A DNA stretch of 64,000 bases from Eledone cirrhosa (lineage: Eukaryota). Shown piece by piece: positions 1 through 11,839 of this stretch. A program made the position numbers and the translations under genes. A model generated the notes under the pieces. That model searched no databases and had not been told where the DNA came from. It was given only the letters and a program-made list of their open reading frames with translations. Where the stretch lies: NCBI GenBank assembly GCA_964016885.1, contig OZ024743.1, forward strand, positions 107,694,001 to 107,758,000, given 5' to 3'. Numbering within the stretch: the first letter of the stretch is position 1; the number at the start of each line of letters is the position of its first letter.

Positions 1-290
1 ACCATAGGTAAATGACCACATATGATGCCGCTTCACAAAAGTTTTGAATTGATATTTTGAAAGAAATTATTTACAAGAAATAAAATAGGAAAAATATTTA
101 ATAATGTAATTTTGCTTTGATATATTACAAAAATAATGTTTTCCAACTTTTCATGCATTAAAATTTACATTGAGTAATATTGAAATGCAGGGTTTGCCTC
201 CATAAATTATATCACTGATTTAAAATCATTAATCATTTTCTTACAAAAAAAAATGTGTGAAACATACCAAGGCGCGGGTAATTCGGCTAG
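1..290 (+). mobile_element. Probable 3' end of a non-autonomous Helitron-type element (5' part outside the window)
   Basis: Ends GGCGCGGGTAATTCGG-CTAG (CTAG 287-290) followed by T. It resembles the minus-strand end at 63427-63454 (CCCGGGCAATGCCGGGTAATTCAGCTAT). The hairpin is degraded. Confidence 0.45.
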
Positions 291-330
<40 letters not shown>

Positions 331-514
331 TCAGAGATAAACAGAAATAAGAACACAATCGGTACAGTATATGCAAGGATTATATTAGGTTAACGCTTGA
401 AAGAGCAAGAACGTTTCGGACGATATTGCTTCATCGGAAGAAGGATGATAAATTGATAAATGTTGAAAGACTGAAGGGACGATCAGGGCGAAATAGGAAA
501 GGCTGTTTTTAGAG

Positions 515-681
515 AGAAGAAGAAGAAGAAGAAGAAGAAGAAGAAGAAGAAGAAGAAGAAGAAGAAGAAGAAGAAGAAGAAGAAGAAGAAGAAGAAGAAG
601 AAGAAGAAGAAGAAGAAGAAGAAGAAGAAGAAGAAGAAGGAGAAGAAGAAGAAGAAGAAGAAGAAGAAGAAGAAGAAGAAG
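515..681. repeat. (GAA)n microsatellite
   Basis: Near-perfect GAA run; source of the poly-Leu ORF 385..747. Confidence 0.98.
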
Positions 682-849
682 ATGGAAGTAAGAAGAGTAT
701 AGTGGAGGAAATGTGTTATAGAGTCGTAGTATATTTAAATAATGCAAGAAGCAAAGAAAATATCAGTGATACGAAAAGATTTCCTGGTGGAAGTCCAGGT
801 AAAGTCCATGTGTAGATCCAGTTTCTGAGTGAAAATCATATAGATATAT

Positions 850-932
<83 letters not shown>

Positions 933-937
<5 letters not shown>

Positions 938-1180
938 ATACTTTGGGAGGATCATATTGCCAAAAACAAACACACGCACCAGTTGCTTTCAATTCAATTT
1001 ATGAATATATGAATAACAATCCGGTTGTCTAACCAACCAACCGGAAATTTATAATAAATTGAAGTGAGATCTACTGGTGCGTGTGATTCTTATTGGCAAC
1101 ATGACCCTCCCAAATTATTCAATATCGGTTTCAACACATGTTTTCAGATAAAGAATCTTGCTAAACAAATTCAGAAACGA
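933..1180. repeat. (TA)n-flanked fold-back of a dispersed repeat; second copy at ~25830-26013
   Basis: 933-1001 is the approximate reverse complement of ~1054-1125. 1029-1180 matches 25832-26013 (CTAACCAACCAACCGGAAATTTATA...GCTAAACAAATTCAGAAACGA). Confidence 0.75.
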
Positions 1181-1234
1181 TATATATATATATATATATA
1201 TATACACCCACATATATATATATCTATCTATCTA

Positions 1235-1379
1235 AGGCGGGTAAAATTCCCGAGATCCATGGACGAGTTCTCTCCAGCGGTCTCTGTCCCTCATTATCGC
1301 TGCGATGTCCTGCGTCTCCAGCAGACCAGTGTCTGTCCTTAGGGCATCAACATACGTTAACCTTGGTCTTCCTCTTCGA
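1235..1379 (-). mobile_element. RTE-clade LINE 3' fragment
   Basis: Minus strand translates RRGRPRLTYVDALRTDTGLLETQDIAAIMRDRDRWRELV, the typical RTE ORF C-terminus (GRP...DR..WR). Confidence 0.75.
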
Positions 1380-1865
1380 GGTGTGTCAGAAAAGTTCCAG
1401 GACTGATGTCATAAAAGATTTATTTCAAACCCAAACATCACACTAAGAGTTTTCTCCTTAAAAATAATCCCCCTGAAGTATGTAACTGTAATTTTAGCTC
1501 TCTGCAGCGATCAAACTTTTTTCTTCATAATTTTATATAAATGTCCTCTGCTTCAGGTCGTCAAGCAATGAGCACAGAGGAAAGAACAAACTTAAGGTTT
1601 CTGGTACGGTGGGGGGAAATCTCCGTCATAAGCAACGGGATTGCTGCAGCGAGTGTATGGAGATGAGATGGACGACGTCAAAAAGGCCGTGACGACGGAA
1701 CTGCGGAGGATCACAGAGTGCATTCAAGCGTGACAGAAAAGGATGCAAAAGTAGTGCCTTAGACTCCAGAGTGATTACTTTGAAGGAGAACACTCTTAGT
1801 GTGAGGTTTGGGTTTGAAATAAATCTTTTGTGACATCAGTCCTGGAACTTTTCTGACACACCTCC
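1377..1865 (+). mobile_element. Internally deleted mariner (Tc1/mariner) DNA transposon
   Basis: ~95-bp terminal inverted repeats starting CGAGGTGTGTCAGAAAAGTTCCAGGACT, with TA after the right end. The interior has a transposase N-terminal remnant (MSTEERTNLRFLV...LLQRVYGDE) joined to a C-terminal remnant (DDVKKAVTTEL...LQSDYFEGE). Confidence 0.88.
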
Positions 1866-1946
1866 TATATATACCTCCAGTAGACAACTGATGAGGAAAA
1901 CTCCCCTCCCCCGTTTTTGATTTCTTCTTATTCTCACTCCATTTTA

Positions 1947-2007
<61 letters not shown>

Positions 2008-2131
2008 TATACCTTTGTATTGTAAACCTCTGCCAGAACGGTTTAAAATATATAGTATTTCCTTAAGTAAACATTGGCTGAGTAACTTCATTGGCATACC
2101 GAGGAGGTCACGTATATGTATATATATATAC

Positions 2132-2181
<50 letters not shown>

Positions 2182-2201
2182 GCGCGTGTGTGTGTGTGTG
2201 T

Positions 2202-2278
2202 GTTTTCGAGAAAAAACGTTAACACAGGGAATAACAAATCGAAACTAATCTAACCTCTGGAGTCAGTTGAAAGTTATA

Positions 2279-2283
<5 letters not shown>
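2202..2283 (+). repeat. ~80-bp local duplicate, copy 1 (copy 2 at 3532-3612)
   Basis: GTTTTCGAGAAAAA...TAACCTCTGGAGTCAGTTGAAAGTTATATGCAT occurs twice, each time after a (TG)-rich tract. Confidence 0.85.
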
Positions 2284-2343
<60 letters not shown>

Positions 2344-2761
2344 ATATTTATACATGCATATACACTGTATATGCATGTATTTGAGTGTGTGTTTTTTTTT
2401 TCTGTTGCGGCCGTAGTGATTGTTGTTTTCGTTGTTGAAGCTGAGGAAAAAATCCGCTCTGATAGTGTAGAACTGTAACAAAAACATACATCCAATGGCA
2501 AAGCAATGATTTGTATGTACGTCAACGGCCATATTACTCAGTATAAAGCTTAACCTTTTTAAAGATTTGCGGGAGATTTGTTATTTCTAGCAGATGCAAT
2601 GATCACAGAGATATCTACCCTCTCTTCTGTATCTCATTTGATATATATGTTTGGACGTGGTGCCACATAATTTATAACTATTACGGAAAGATTAAAGCAG
2701 TGATTGAATCTAAAGTAAAAGTAAGATAGATACAGGACATTATGTTCTTTTTATTATTTTT

Positions 2762-2817
<56 letters not shown>

Positions 2818-2858
2818 TATATATATATTTATATATATATATATATATATATTTATAC

Positions 2859-2916
<58 letters not shown>

Positions 2917-2917
2917 T

Positions 2918-2948
<31 letters not shown>

Positions 2949-2963
2949 GTATATACATGTATA

Positions 2964-2999
<36 letters not shown>

Positions 3000-3307
3000 T
3001 ACATTTAAGTAATTGCAACATAACTGTGAATAGCTCGAGACACGCAAGAAGAAAGTAAAAAAATCTATTTGATATTACACATATTTCAGTTACGATGCAA
3101 CTCTAAAATTTTAAGTACTTAAAATAATTTTTGTGGTCTCATATAAGTAATAGTAAATGGTACATTTACTGACAGCAAATCGATTTTACTCTTTACAATC
3201 AGGAAGGTAATATGAAAGGGGAAAAAAACTTACTACTACTTCTAATAATAATAATAATAATCTCTCTCTATCTATCTATCTATCTATGTATATATATATA
3301 ATATATA

Positions 3308-3389
<82 letters not shown>

Positions 3390-4769
3390 CCCAGAATGTG
3401 GAGGGAAGTGTGAACAGAATAACCCTTCAAGGATTTGACTTTTATACACAAGGACACACACAGATACATATATACTCTATATACTATCAAATGTGTATAT
3501 ATACAATGCGTGTGTGTATGTGTGTATGTGTGTTTTCGAGAAAAACATTAACACAGTGAATAACAAATCGATACTAAACTAACCTCTGGAGTCAGTTGAA
3601 AGTTATATGCATATATACACACAAACACACACACACACACATACATACATATATACATACATACATACTTATAAACATACATAAGACATACATATGCGCA
3701 TACATACACACACACACACATACATGCATGCATACATACATACATACACGGTGCAGACATCTTTGAATATTTAATATAGTTTAATTACCCCCTATTTACT
3801 GGACATGTGATAAGTGTCCTATGGGAAATGGCTTCTTTTTCTCTTTTCTCTTACAGTGTATTCTATATTTTTATATTAACTTATATTCCATACATCCAAA
3901 GAGCTTTTACTTATACCGAACGAAAATAATAATATCCACCACAGTTTCTATGTTTTTGTTTTTCATTTATTTAATTTAAAAAACATTTTTTTTTTACGTT
4001 TCTTCTTCAAGAAGATCATTCGTTTAGAATATTGCAAAATAACTCCTCCCTGGGGAATCGCTTCATCGCTTCATACAGACAACAACATTAAGTTATATTT
4101 TGTGAACTCGCATTTGGTTGTTTTGATATTATTGTGAAAGTATGTTAGCTTATGTTAAGTTGCAACTATGAATGTTTAGCTATAAAAGAGTCGAACATAT
4201 TGAGCTTATCAATTCATACGGATTGAAAATGTAGACAAAGGTACCAGCAAATTTGAACTCCCATTTGGGTATGCCGGGTGGTTGCGTTAACATTACGTTG
4301 AAAGTTAATGCTTGAAACTGCGAGTTTGGTTTAATAGCAACATAATCATTTGACTTACGAGAGTGTCCGCAATTTTTCCGTGTCTGGAGATGCATACCTC
4401 CAATATGTTCGGCTATTTTATATTCAAACATATGTGCTAGCAGCTTACATACTTTTAAAAACAGTGTGTAGTTAATTAAAAATTAATATTTATGAATCTT
4501 GTTATCTACAGGCATTACTAATTTTTACAAACATCGAGTGGAGATTATTAGTAAACCAACGTGGACATAGAAATTGAACAAAACATGAATTAAGTATATT
4601 TATCAAATAAAAAGCTTACGGAATAAAAAGAGATCTGTTATCAATTGGTCTAATAGCATTAGCAGTAAATATGCTTAGAAATCCACATTTTTTAATATCT
4701 TAGATTTTACACACGGCTAGCAAAATATTTTTAGCTTTTGCCATTTTATACATATACCTAAATTGCGAG

Positions 4770-5130
4770 ACGTTCTCCGGCTTTGATCACAAACCCCGTT
4801 TCTGCGGACGGCAATGTAGAGGAAAGGAAGACAAACAAATACCGGGGATTGTCCGGGTGCTTCCTCTTCGGACCGGTCCCCGTTGAAACCTCAGGCGTAA
4901 TTTGACCCCACACAGCTGAGCTCACTCGCATCATCGGAATGTTAGCAGTTCGCTCAGAAGGACCCTCGCGAGGAGGTGGGGTGGCTGTTGCAGTGGATGT
5001 CGCTGACCATTGTCAGCGGAAATGTTTTGTGGTCTTGTCGGCAGGGTGGAACCCAACGCCACTGCACCCTTCCCCCTCCCATTCTTCTGCGGCCCTAGAG
5101 CATATGCCTTCCCCTTCATTTTCCGTTTTT
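4770..5130 (+). mobile_element. CRE-clade (RLE) non-LTR retrotransposon 3' fragment, decayed
   Basis: Translates (one stop, one frameshift) as VEERKTNKYRGLSGCFLFGPVPVETSGVI*P...IG...DPREEVGWLLQWMSLTIVSGN. This matches the CRE C-terminal pattern E.RK..KY...F.PV.VET.G...DPRE..WL.Q..SL.I.RGN. Confidence 0.7.
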
Positions 5131-5264
5131 TAAATATCTGTAGTATTGTTGTTTTTTAAAATAGATTTGTTTATGATTTTTTTTATTTTATTTTCATTAA
5201 TAAAACGATGTTAACGATTTCTAACAATGGATAAAAATGGTTAGACCCACCCCCCGCCCATCTA

Positions 5265-5328
<64 letters not shown>

Positions 5329-5416
5329 ATGAAAAATTGAACAGGGGCAGAACAGAGAGGCAGTACAATAAATGTTTATTAAATTCACGCTCAGGAGAGT
5401 GGTGGGTAGGTGGGGG

Positions 5417-5450
5417 ACGACGTTTCGGGCATAAGCCCTTCTTCAGGTGA
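5417..5450 (-). ncRNA. Minimal type I hammerhead ribozyme at the PLE 3' end
   Basis: Minus strand: TCAC-CTGAAGA-A-GGGC-TTAT-GCCC-GAAA-CG-TC/GT. Palindromic ACGU stem III as in PLE minimal HHRs; stem I is only 2 bp. Confidence 0.75.
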
Positions 5451-6807
5451 GAAGTGTGTGGGAACAGAGTTCAAAAGGTGTGTAGGGGAGTGGTGGAGAG
5501 ACATATAGCGAAAGGAAACGGTGCGAATGAAAAATTAACAAATAAAGACAAAAAATATAATAAATAAAAATAAAGCATGATCAAAATACAAGGAAGGAGA
5601 ACATTTAAAAATAAAGGCATGATCAAAATAAACTGAAATTAAAAGGGGGGGTAAACAGGTGGTGGAAGGGTGTGGGGTGAGTAGGGGTGGTGGCGGGTGG
5701 AGTGGGGAGAGGGAGACGGGGTGTCCGAGCGGGGACGGCTGAAGGTGGTGTGTGTGGTTAGGTGTGCGTGTGTGTGTGTGTGTAGGTGAAAGTGAGGGTT
5801 GGGGGAAGAACGGGGTTGCATGTTCAGGAATGTGTGTGTGGAGGGTGTTTTTGTGGGTCGGAGTGTCTGTGCGTGTGTGGATAGGGGGGTGGGGGGAGAG
5901 GAATCAGGAGGCTGAGGGTGTAAATATGTGGTGGGAAGCACGTGTGTGTGGTTTAAGCGTGTTGTGGGTGTGGGTGGCGTGTGGATAAAAAAAAATTTTG
6001 GGTGTGTGTGTGTGTGGGTAAGTTATATAGGTGATGGTGTAAGAGGATGGTTGAAAAGTTGGTAAGTTCCACGGATGTTTGGAGATTTGGTTAGAAGTCA
6101 ATTTGGTGTGTGGGTAATCCAAGAAGCGGTGGTCGGAAGAGGAGAGATGTGGGGTGCGCGCGCAACAGGAAGTGGTCAGCAGTGGGAGTGCTGTCGTCAG
6201 TTGGTGCTGAGAGGTGGTCGGAAGGGCATAGAAGCAGTCGGCGGAATGGTAGGGAGGCGAGGATGGGTAGGTGTGAGAGTTGGAGTGAGGAGGGTGTGTG
6301 TGTGTGTGTGTGTGTGTGTATTAGTAGGGGTGTTAGTGGGATGAGTGAGTGTGGAGCGGGGAGAGAAGGGCGTGTGTGGTTCTATGGAGGGAGTGTGGTG
6401 TACTGGTGTGTGTGTAGTTTGGTGAAGACATGTTAGTGGGTCTTAGTATACGGGAGGTGGGGAGGGGTGGAATGCAGGTGTGAGTGGGGGTTAGTGGTGG
6501 TAGGGTGTGTAGAGTTGGTGGTGTACGAGGGTGTGTGGGTACGTGTGCGTGGGATTGGGGGGTGTTAGTGATGTTAGTTGCGTGAGGGGTGGGTGGTGTA
6601 AGTGGGTGCGTGTGTGCGTGTGATAAGGAGGGGGGAGGAGGAGAAGAAGGGAGGGAAGGGATGTTAGTATGTTAGTTGCGGAAGGGTGGTCAGATGAGGG
6701 TGGAGTGGAGGTGTTAGTATTGTTAGTGTGGGGTGGGCGGTGAAAAGGAGGGCTGTGTTAGTGGTGTTAGTGGGGGATAAGTGTGGGGGGAGGGGGGCGG
6801 TCGAACG

Positions 6808-9755
6808 CTAAAGGAATAAGGGTGGGGAGTTCAGGCCGGGGGGAGGGTGGGTCTGTAAGATGAAGATAGTGCGTTGTTCGACCGTAAGGCGATAGGCGGG
6901 TGTTCCGTGGCTTTGGACTAGGCTACAGACTGTGAGATGGCGTGCGGAGTGTCCAGGGCCACCAAAGTGGCGGGCGATGGGGGAACTTCCCCCGAGACGA
7001 ATATCCCGGAGGTGCTCCGTGACTCGGTCCGCCAGGCGACGTCCCGTCTGTCCGACATAAGTCGCGCTGCACTCCGTGCAACGAAGTCCGTAGACTAGGT
7101 TGGAGGAGGTGCAGCGGAAGGCATGCCGGACCGAGAGAGAGTGGCCGTTGGGGCCCTGGAAGGTGGTGGTGTGGGAGATGTGGGGACAGGTGTTGCAGCG
7201 GGGCCTAGAACAGGGGAAGGAACCGGGGGGGACCGGAGCGTGGGTTGGGGGTAGGGAGCTGTGGACGAGGAGGGTGCGGAGATTGCGTGCACGTTTGAAG
7301 GAGGGGAGTGGTGGGGTTGGGAAGATGTGGGAGGTGGAGGGGTCGGACTGGAGGCATCGGAAGAGGCGGCGGATGGTGCGGTGGAGTGGTAAGGTGGAGG
7401 GGTGGTAGGTGATGGGGAAGGGGAGACGGTGGGTGGGTGTGCGGTGGCGTGGGGTTAGGGTGGTGGAGCGGGGGATAGCACGGGCGCGGGTGAGAGCGGT
7501 GTAGACGAGAGAGGCGGGTAACCTCTGCGGATGAAATGGCTGACTAGGGAAAGGGCCTGGGACTCGAAGTTAGCATCACGGCTACAGAGGCGGCGGATCC
7601 TGAGAAGTTGGGAGTAGGGAATGGAGAGTTTAGTGTGGGTGGGTTGGGAAGAGGTGAAGGCGAGATAAGAGTGGGAGTCGGTGGGTTTGAAGAAGGCGGA
7701 GGTGACGAGGGAGTGGTGGGAGGGGTCGAAGGCGACGGAGATGTCTAAGAAGTGGACGTGGGTGGTGGAGATAGAGGTGGTGAAGTGGAGGGAGGGGTGG
7801 AAGGAGCAGAAGAAGGAGAGAAAGGAGTCGAGCTGTACTCGGGTGAGGGTCGTGGCTCCGATACAGTCGTCAATGTAACGACCGTACAGTTCGGGCGTGG
7901 GGCCGGTGTACTGGGCAAAGATTTGGGCCTCAACATGGCCAACAAAAAGGTTGGCATAGTTCGGGCCCATTCTTGTGCCCATGGCTACCCCCGTGACCTG
8001 TTGGTAAAACTCACCCGAGAAGGAGAAACAATTTAGGGTGAGGACCAGCTCGGCGAGGCGAAGGAGGGTGGGGGTGGAGGGAATGGTGGAGGGGCGAAGG
8101 TCGAGGCAGTGTTTGAGGGCGCGAAGGCCGTCGGCGTGGGGGATGACGGTATAGAGGGACTTGATGTCTAGGGTGAAGAGGAATGGCTGAGGGCCGGGTA
8201 GGTAGGTTAAGGAGTCGAAAAGGCGCAGGGCGTGGTTGGTGTCGGAGATGTGGGAGGGGAGGGTGATGACAAGGGGGGCGAGGAGGGAGTCGAGAAAGGC
8301 GGAGATGAGTTCGGTGGGGCAGTTGCAAGCGGAGACGATGGGGCGGCCGGGGTTGTCGGGTTTGTGGAGTTTGGGGAGGAAGTAGATGGTGGGGGTGCGG
8401 GGGGTGCGGACGATGAGGTGGGAAGCGGTGGGGGGGGGGGGGATTGCGGAGGCGATAAGGTCTTTGATGGTGGAGGAGACTTGTTGTTGGTAGAGGGGGG
8501 TGGGATCGGAGGGTAGAGGGCGGTAAAAGAGGGGGTTACAGAGCTCCCTGAGGGCTTCGGCCGTGTAGAGGTCCGCGCGCCATACCACCACGGCGCCTCC
8601 CTTGTCCGCCGGTTTGATGACGATGTCATATCGGCTACGGAGGGAGCGGAGAGCGAGGAGTTCGCCCCGTGAGATGTTGTGCCGTTTGGAACGGTGGCGG
8701 AAGTCGAAACGATTTACTGCGCTACGGCTGGCTTCGACGAAGGCGTCCAGGGTGCTAAATTGCCCTGGAGCCGGCGTCCAAGAAGATGGTCGTCGGCCCA
8801 GGGCGAGAAACGGGTCTGGGGCGTCCGGAGCCGGTGGCGTTCGGCTGAAATGTGCCTGTAGCTTAGTGCGTCGCACGAATCGCTCGACTTTCGTTCGGGT
8901 GCGGAACTCGTCGCTGAGCGGAGTGTGGGGTATGAAGCGAAGGCCTCTACTAAGGAGAGAGCGCTCAGGTGCGGAGAGGTGGAGGTCAGGGGGTATGGTG
9001 ACAACAAGGGGTGGGGTTTGGGTGTTTGGGGATGGAAGGGAGGGTGTGGTGAGGGGTGAGGTGGAGGGTGGAGATTGGGTAGGGGTTTGGGTCGGGGGAG
9101 AGGTGGAGAGTGGTGGGCGTATGGGGATGGGTGGGTGGTGGTGGATGGGGAGGGGGGAGTGAGTGTAGCTTGCGGGCTTTGGTGGAGCTGAGGAACGAGA
9201 AGAGGTTGTGGTTGAGGTTGTGGATGAAGGAGAGGATGGCTTGGGCGAGGAGGGGGTGGGGGTCAGTTGGTGGTCAAGTAGGCGGAGGGTGGAACGGGAG
9301 GCGCGGATGGAGTTGCGCATCAGAAGGCGTGAGGATCGGGTGAGGATACGTTGCGTGGAGGGGGAAGCAGCGGGGTAGGGGTGGAAGTGTAGACGGAAGC
9401 CGAGGGGGATAAGGTGGAGGCGGAGGCAGTGTCTGAGGAAATGGATGTGGCTGGAGTGCCGGGTTTTGGCGAAGAGAAGGTAGGAGAGTTGAAGGGCGTA
9501 GGGGAGATAGCAGGGTGGAAGGAGGGGGGTGAGGAAAAGTTTGAGGCGATTGTGGAGTTGGTGGAGAAAGGATCTCAGGTTGGGCATGATGGGCGTTAGG
9601 TGAAAGCAGGGGGAGTGATGAGAGGGCAGGGGTGTGAAGCGGGGTGGAGTGAACGAAGGGGTGAGTGCGAAGGATAGGCAGAGACGGGGAAGGGAAAATG
9701 AAACAGAAAAACGTAGGGAGGGGGGGGGGAGTAAACACCAGAAAATTAAAGACAA
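6808..9755 (-). pseudogene. PLE reverse transcriptase / GIY-YIG endonuclease ORF, frameshifted
   Basis: RT motifs IKPADKGGAVV, LPKLHK..PGRPIVS, LDIKSLYT, GVAMGTRMGP, RYIDD, FLDI. After frameshifts near 7510 and 7230 it reads CSRPRCNTC ... LVYGLRCTECSATYVGQTGRRLADRVTEH ... PGLN, with the stop at 6808-6810. The likely start is the MPNLRS Met near 9588. Confidence 0.92.
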
Positions 9756-9964
9756 AAAATCATAAAGGTAATAACACAGGCGATCGTGAACAAAAAATCA
9801 TAGAAATACAATTGTAAGAACACAGGCAAAGAATCTTATACGGAAAAAAAGGTACGGTAACAAAATCAAACAGAGGTAATGCGTGGAAGGAAAGACAAAG
9901 TGTGGGAAGGTGTGTAAAGTTCGGAGATATATAGATATATATATACATGCATATTTGTATATTT

Positions 9965-10027
<63 letters not shown>

Positions 10028-10218
10028 TATACATATATATATATATATATATTATTCAAAATATTAATAAATGAAAACTATTCTCATAACCAATATATAT
10101 ATTTTATTATACATATTTCAAAGATACAATGTGTTTAAGTACGTTTTAATCAGATAAAATATATGAGAGAATGGATATGCGACATACCGCTATGGTTTTG
10201 ATTATTCAATTTCAATAG

Positions 10219-10263
<45 letters not shown>

Positions 10264-10667
10264 ATTGTGATACGGAGAGGGAACATCGTTGGACATTGCA
10301 TATCGGTAGGAAAGTTTTTTCTATATCGATGTTTGACGGGCATCCACTGATGATTTATAAGTGCCCACCTGCATATATTCCTACGAGTAATTTACAGGCT
10401 TCTACATAACCTGGACACATTTTTCCCAACTTGTAGAAAACTTATAATGAAACAATTGTTTGGAAAGGGAGATGTATTTTAATTATGTCTCATATACAAT
10501 AATACAACTGGCTATCCGCAAAATACATATAGTTAGCACCCCAAACGTAAAATTGGGATTATACTAAGGTATATCCTAATGTTTGTTGAGTGAGATGGAA
10601 GCCAGTCAGAGTATAGCTTGAAGCTTTAAGCTTTCTCTGTTAATGTATTAAATATATATATATATAT

Positions 10668-10785
10668 ATACAATATGTTGAAAAGGTAACACACTAGAGA
10701 GAGAGTGTGCCATCAATAAAACAGGGAAAATCTAAAGTCTATGGCTCCGTTAATTTATCAAGATATTTCGCTCCTTATTACAGTC

Positions 10786-10859
<74 letters not shown>

Positions 10860-11348
10860 GGTTGAGCACACTTCGTGTGGTTTTGGGCTGCCCTTCCTAG
10901 CAGCTCGTCCCTCGGTTACCACTGGTTTACTGCCCTAAACACGCTGTGACATCTCTCTGGCGCGTGTAACTGGACGGTCGCTTTAGATTCTCTTAGAATT
11001 CTCTGGAATGTATAGTCTTGTACGCGCTGATGAGCCATAGGCAATTCCATTTCAGTAAAGTACCTCCTGGCGAAACAGATCTCTTTGGATCTGTACGCGT
11101 GTATTATGTAGTTATAGAGGTGTGTATCTATATTTTAATTTATATTTTTAATTATTGTGTGTCTACCCTGCCTTCCATAGATTATAGACTCCTTACACTG
11201 GTGGTTTTCTCTGTTTTATTGATGGCACACTCTCTCTCTAGTGTGTTACCTTTTCCACATATTGTATTTTAAAGAGCTCAGGATTCCTTTTCCTTTGAGC
11301 ACATTATTGATAGGGAATAACGAGAGTCTATGGCTCCGTTAATTCATC
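10668..11348 (+). mobile_element. Non-coding hammerhead-bearing element (retrozyme / non-autonomous PLE-like) in (TA)n
   Basis: 24-bp direct repeats at 10736-10759 and 11325-11348 define a 589-bp unit. A 63-bp inverted copy (10668-10730) of 11205-11267 precedes it. It has an internal HHR, no meaningful ORF, and (TA)n on both sides. Confidence 0.8.
11019..11103 (+). ncRNA. Complete canonical type I hammerhead ribozyme
   Basis: Stem I ACGCG(11022-26)/CGCGT(11096-100); CTGATGA 11027-33; stem II GCCA/TGGC; GAAA 11072-75; stem III CAGATC-TCTTTG-GATCTG; GUA triplet with predicted cleavage after 11095. Confidence 0.92.
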
Positions 11349-11493
11349 GTGATATATATATATATATATATATATAGCGTATATCTTTTGACATATGCAG
11401 GTCTGCTCCTCTTGCGTTCGATTGCAGTCAAAAGAAAATTCCTCTACGAAAAAACACCGAATAAGTTATTATATAAGTTATTATATAAGTTGA

Positions 11494-11660
11494 TAATTGT
11501 TTCTACTTTAGGCACAAGGCCAGCAATTATCCAGTGCATTACTGGTACTTTATTTTATCGACCCCGTAAGGATGAAAGGCAAAGTCAACCTCGGCGGGAT
11601 TTGAACTCAGATCATAAAGGGACGTAACTATGCTTGAAAGCATGGCGTCCGACCCTCTAT
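11494..11660 (-). mobile_element. tRNA-derived SINE with Meta-like central domain
   Basis: Minus strand has box B GAGTTCAAATCC followed by GCCTTTCATCCTTACGGGGTCGATAAAATAAAGTACCAG; many copies in the window. Confidence 0.85.
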
Positions 11661-11839
11661 TATATAAGTTGATAATGCAAGGCATTCAGATATTTAAAGC
11701 TCAGTTGTGTTTTTATCAATATCCAGATTAGCGAAAGGTAGTGCGTGTGTATCTGGATAGATGTATATAGATATATGTGTGCATATTGGTTTCTACAAGC
11801 ATATAATTACTCAACATTCTATGTGTTGAATGCATTACA

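Larger units (their letters stand above)
5329..9930 (-). mobile_element. Penelope-like retroelement (Neptune-like), near full length, embedded in (TA)n/(CA)n
   Basis: PLE RT plus C-terminal GIY-YIG ORF, a ~1.5-kb CA-rich 3' region and a terminal hammerhead motif. Boundaries are approximate. Confidence 0.92.

Noticed and set aside
1885-1915. CTGATGAGGAAAAC as a hammerhead core
   Set aside because: No stem II or stem I/III pairing.
4180-4431. 83-aa minus-strand ORF with a GTAAGT donor-like site; possible host exon
   Set aside because: No recognisable protein motif and no partner exons; needs RNA-seq or homology.
7681-9599. Gly/Glu-rich plus-strand ORFs
   Set aside because: Antisense shadows of the C-rich PLE ORF.
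10340-10370. CTGATGA inside a GGGCA/TGCCC hairpin
   Set aside because: No GAAA or stem III in the correct position.
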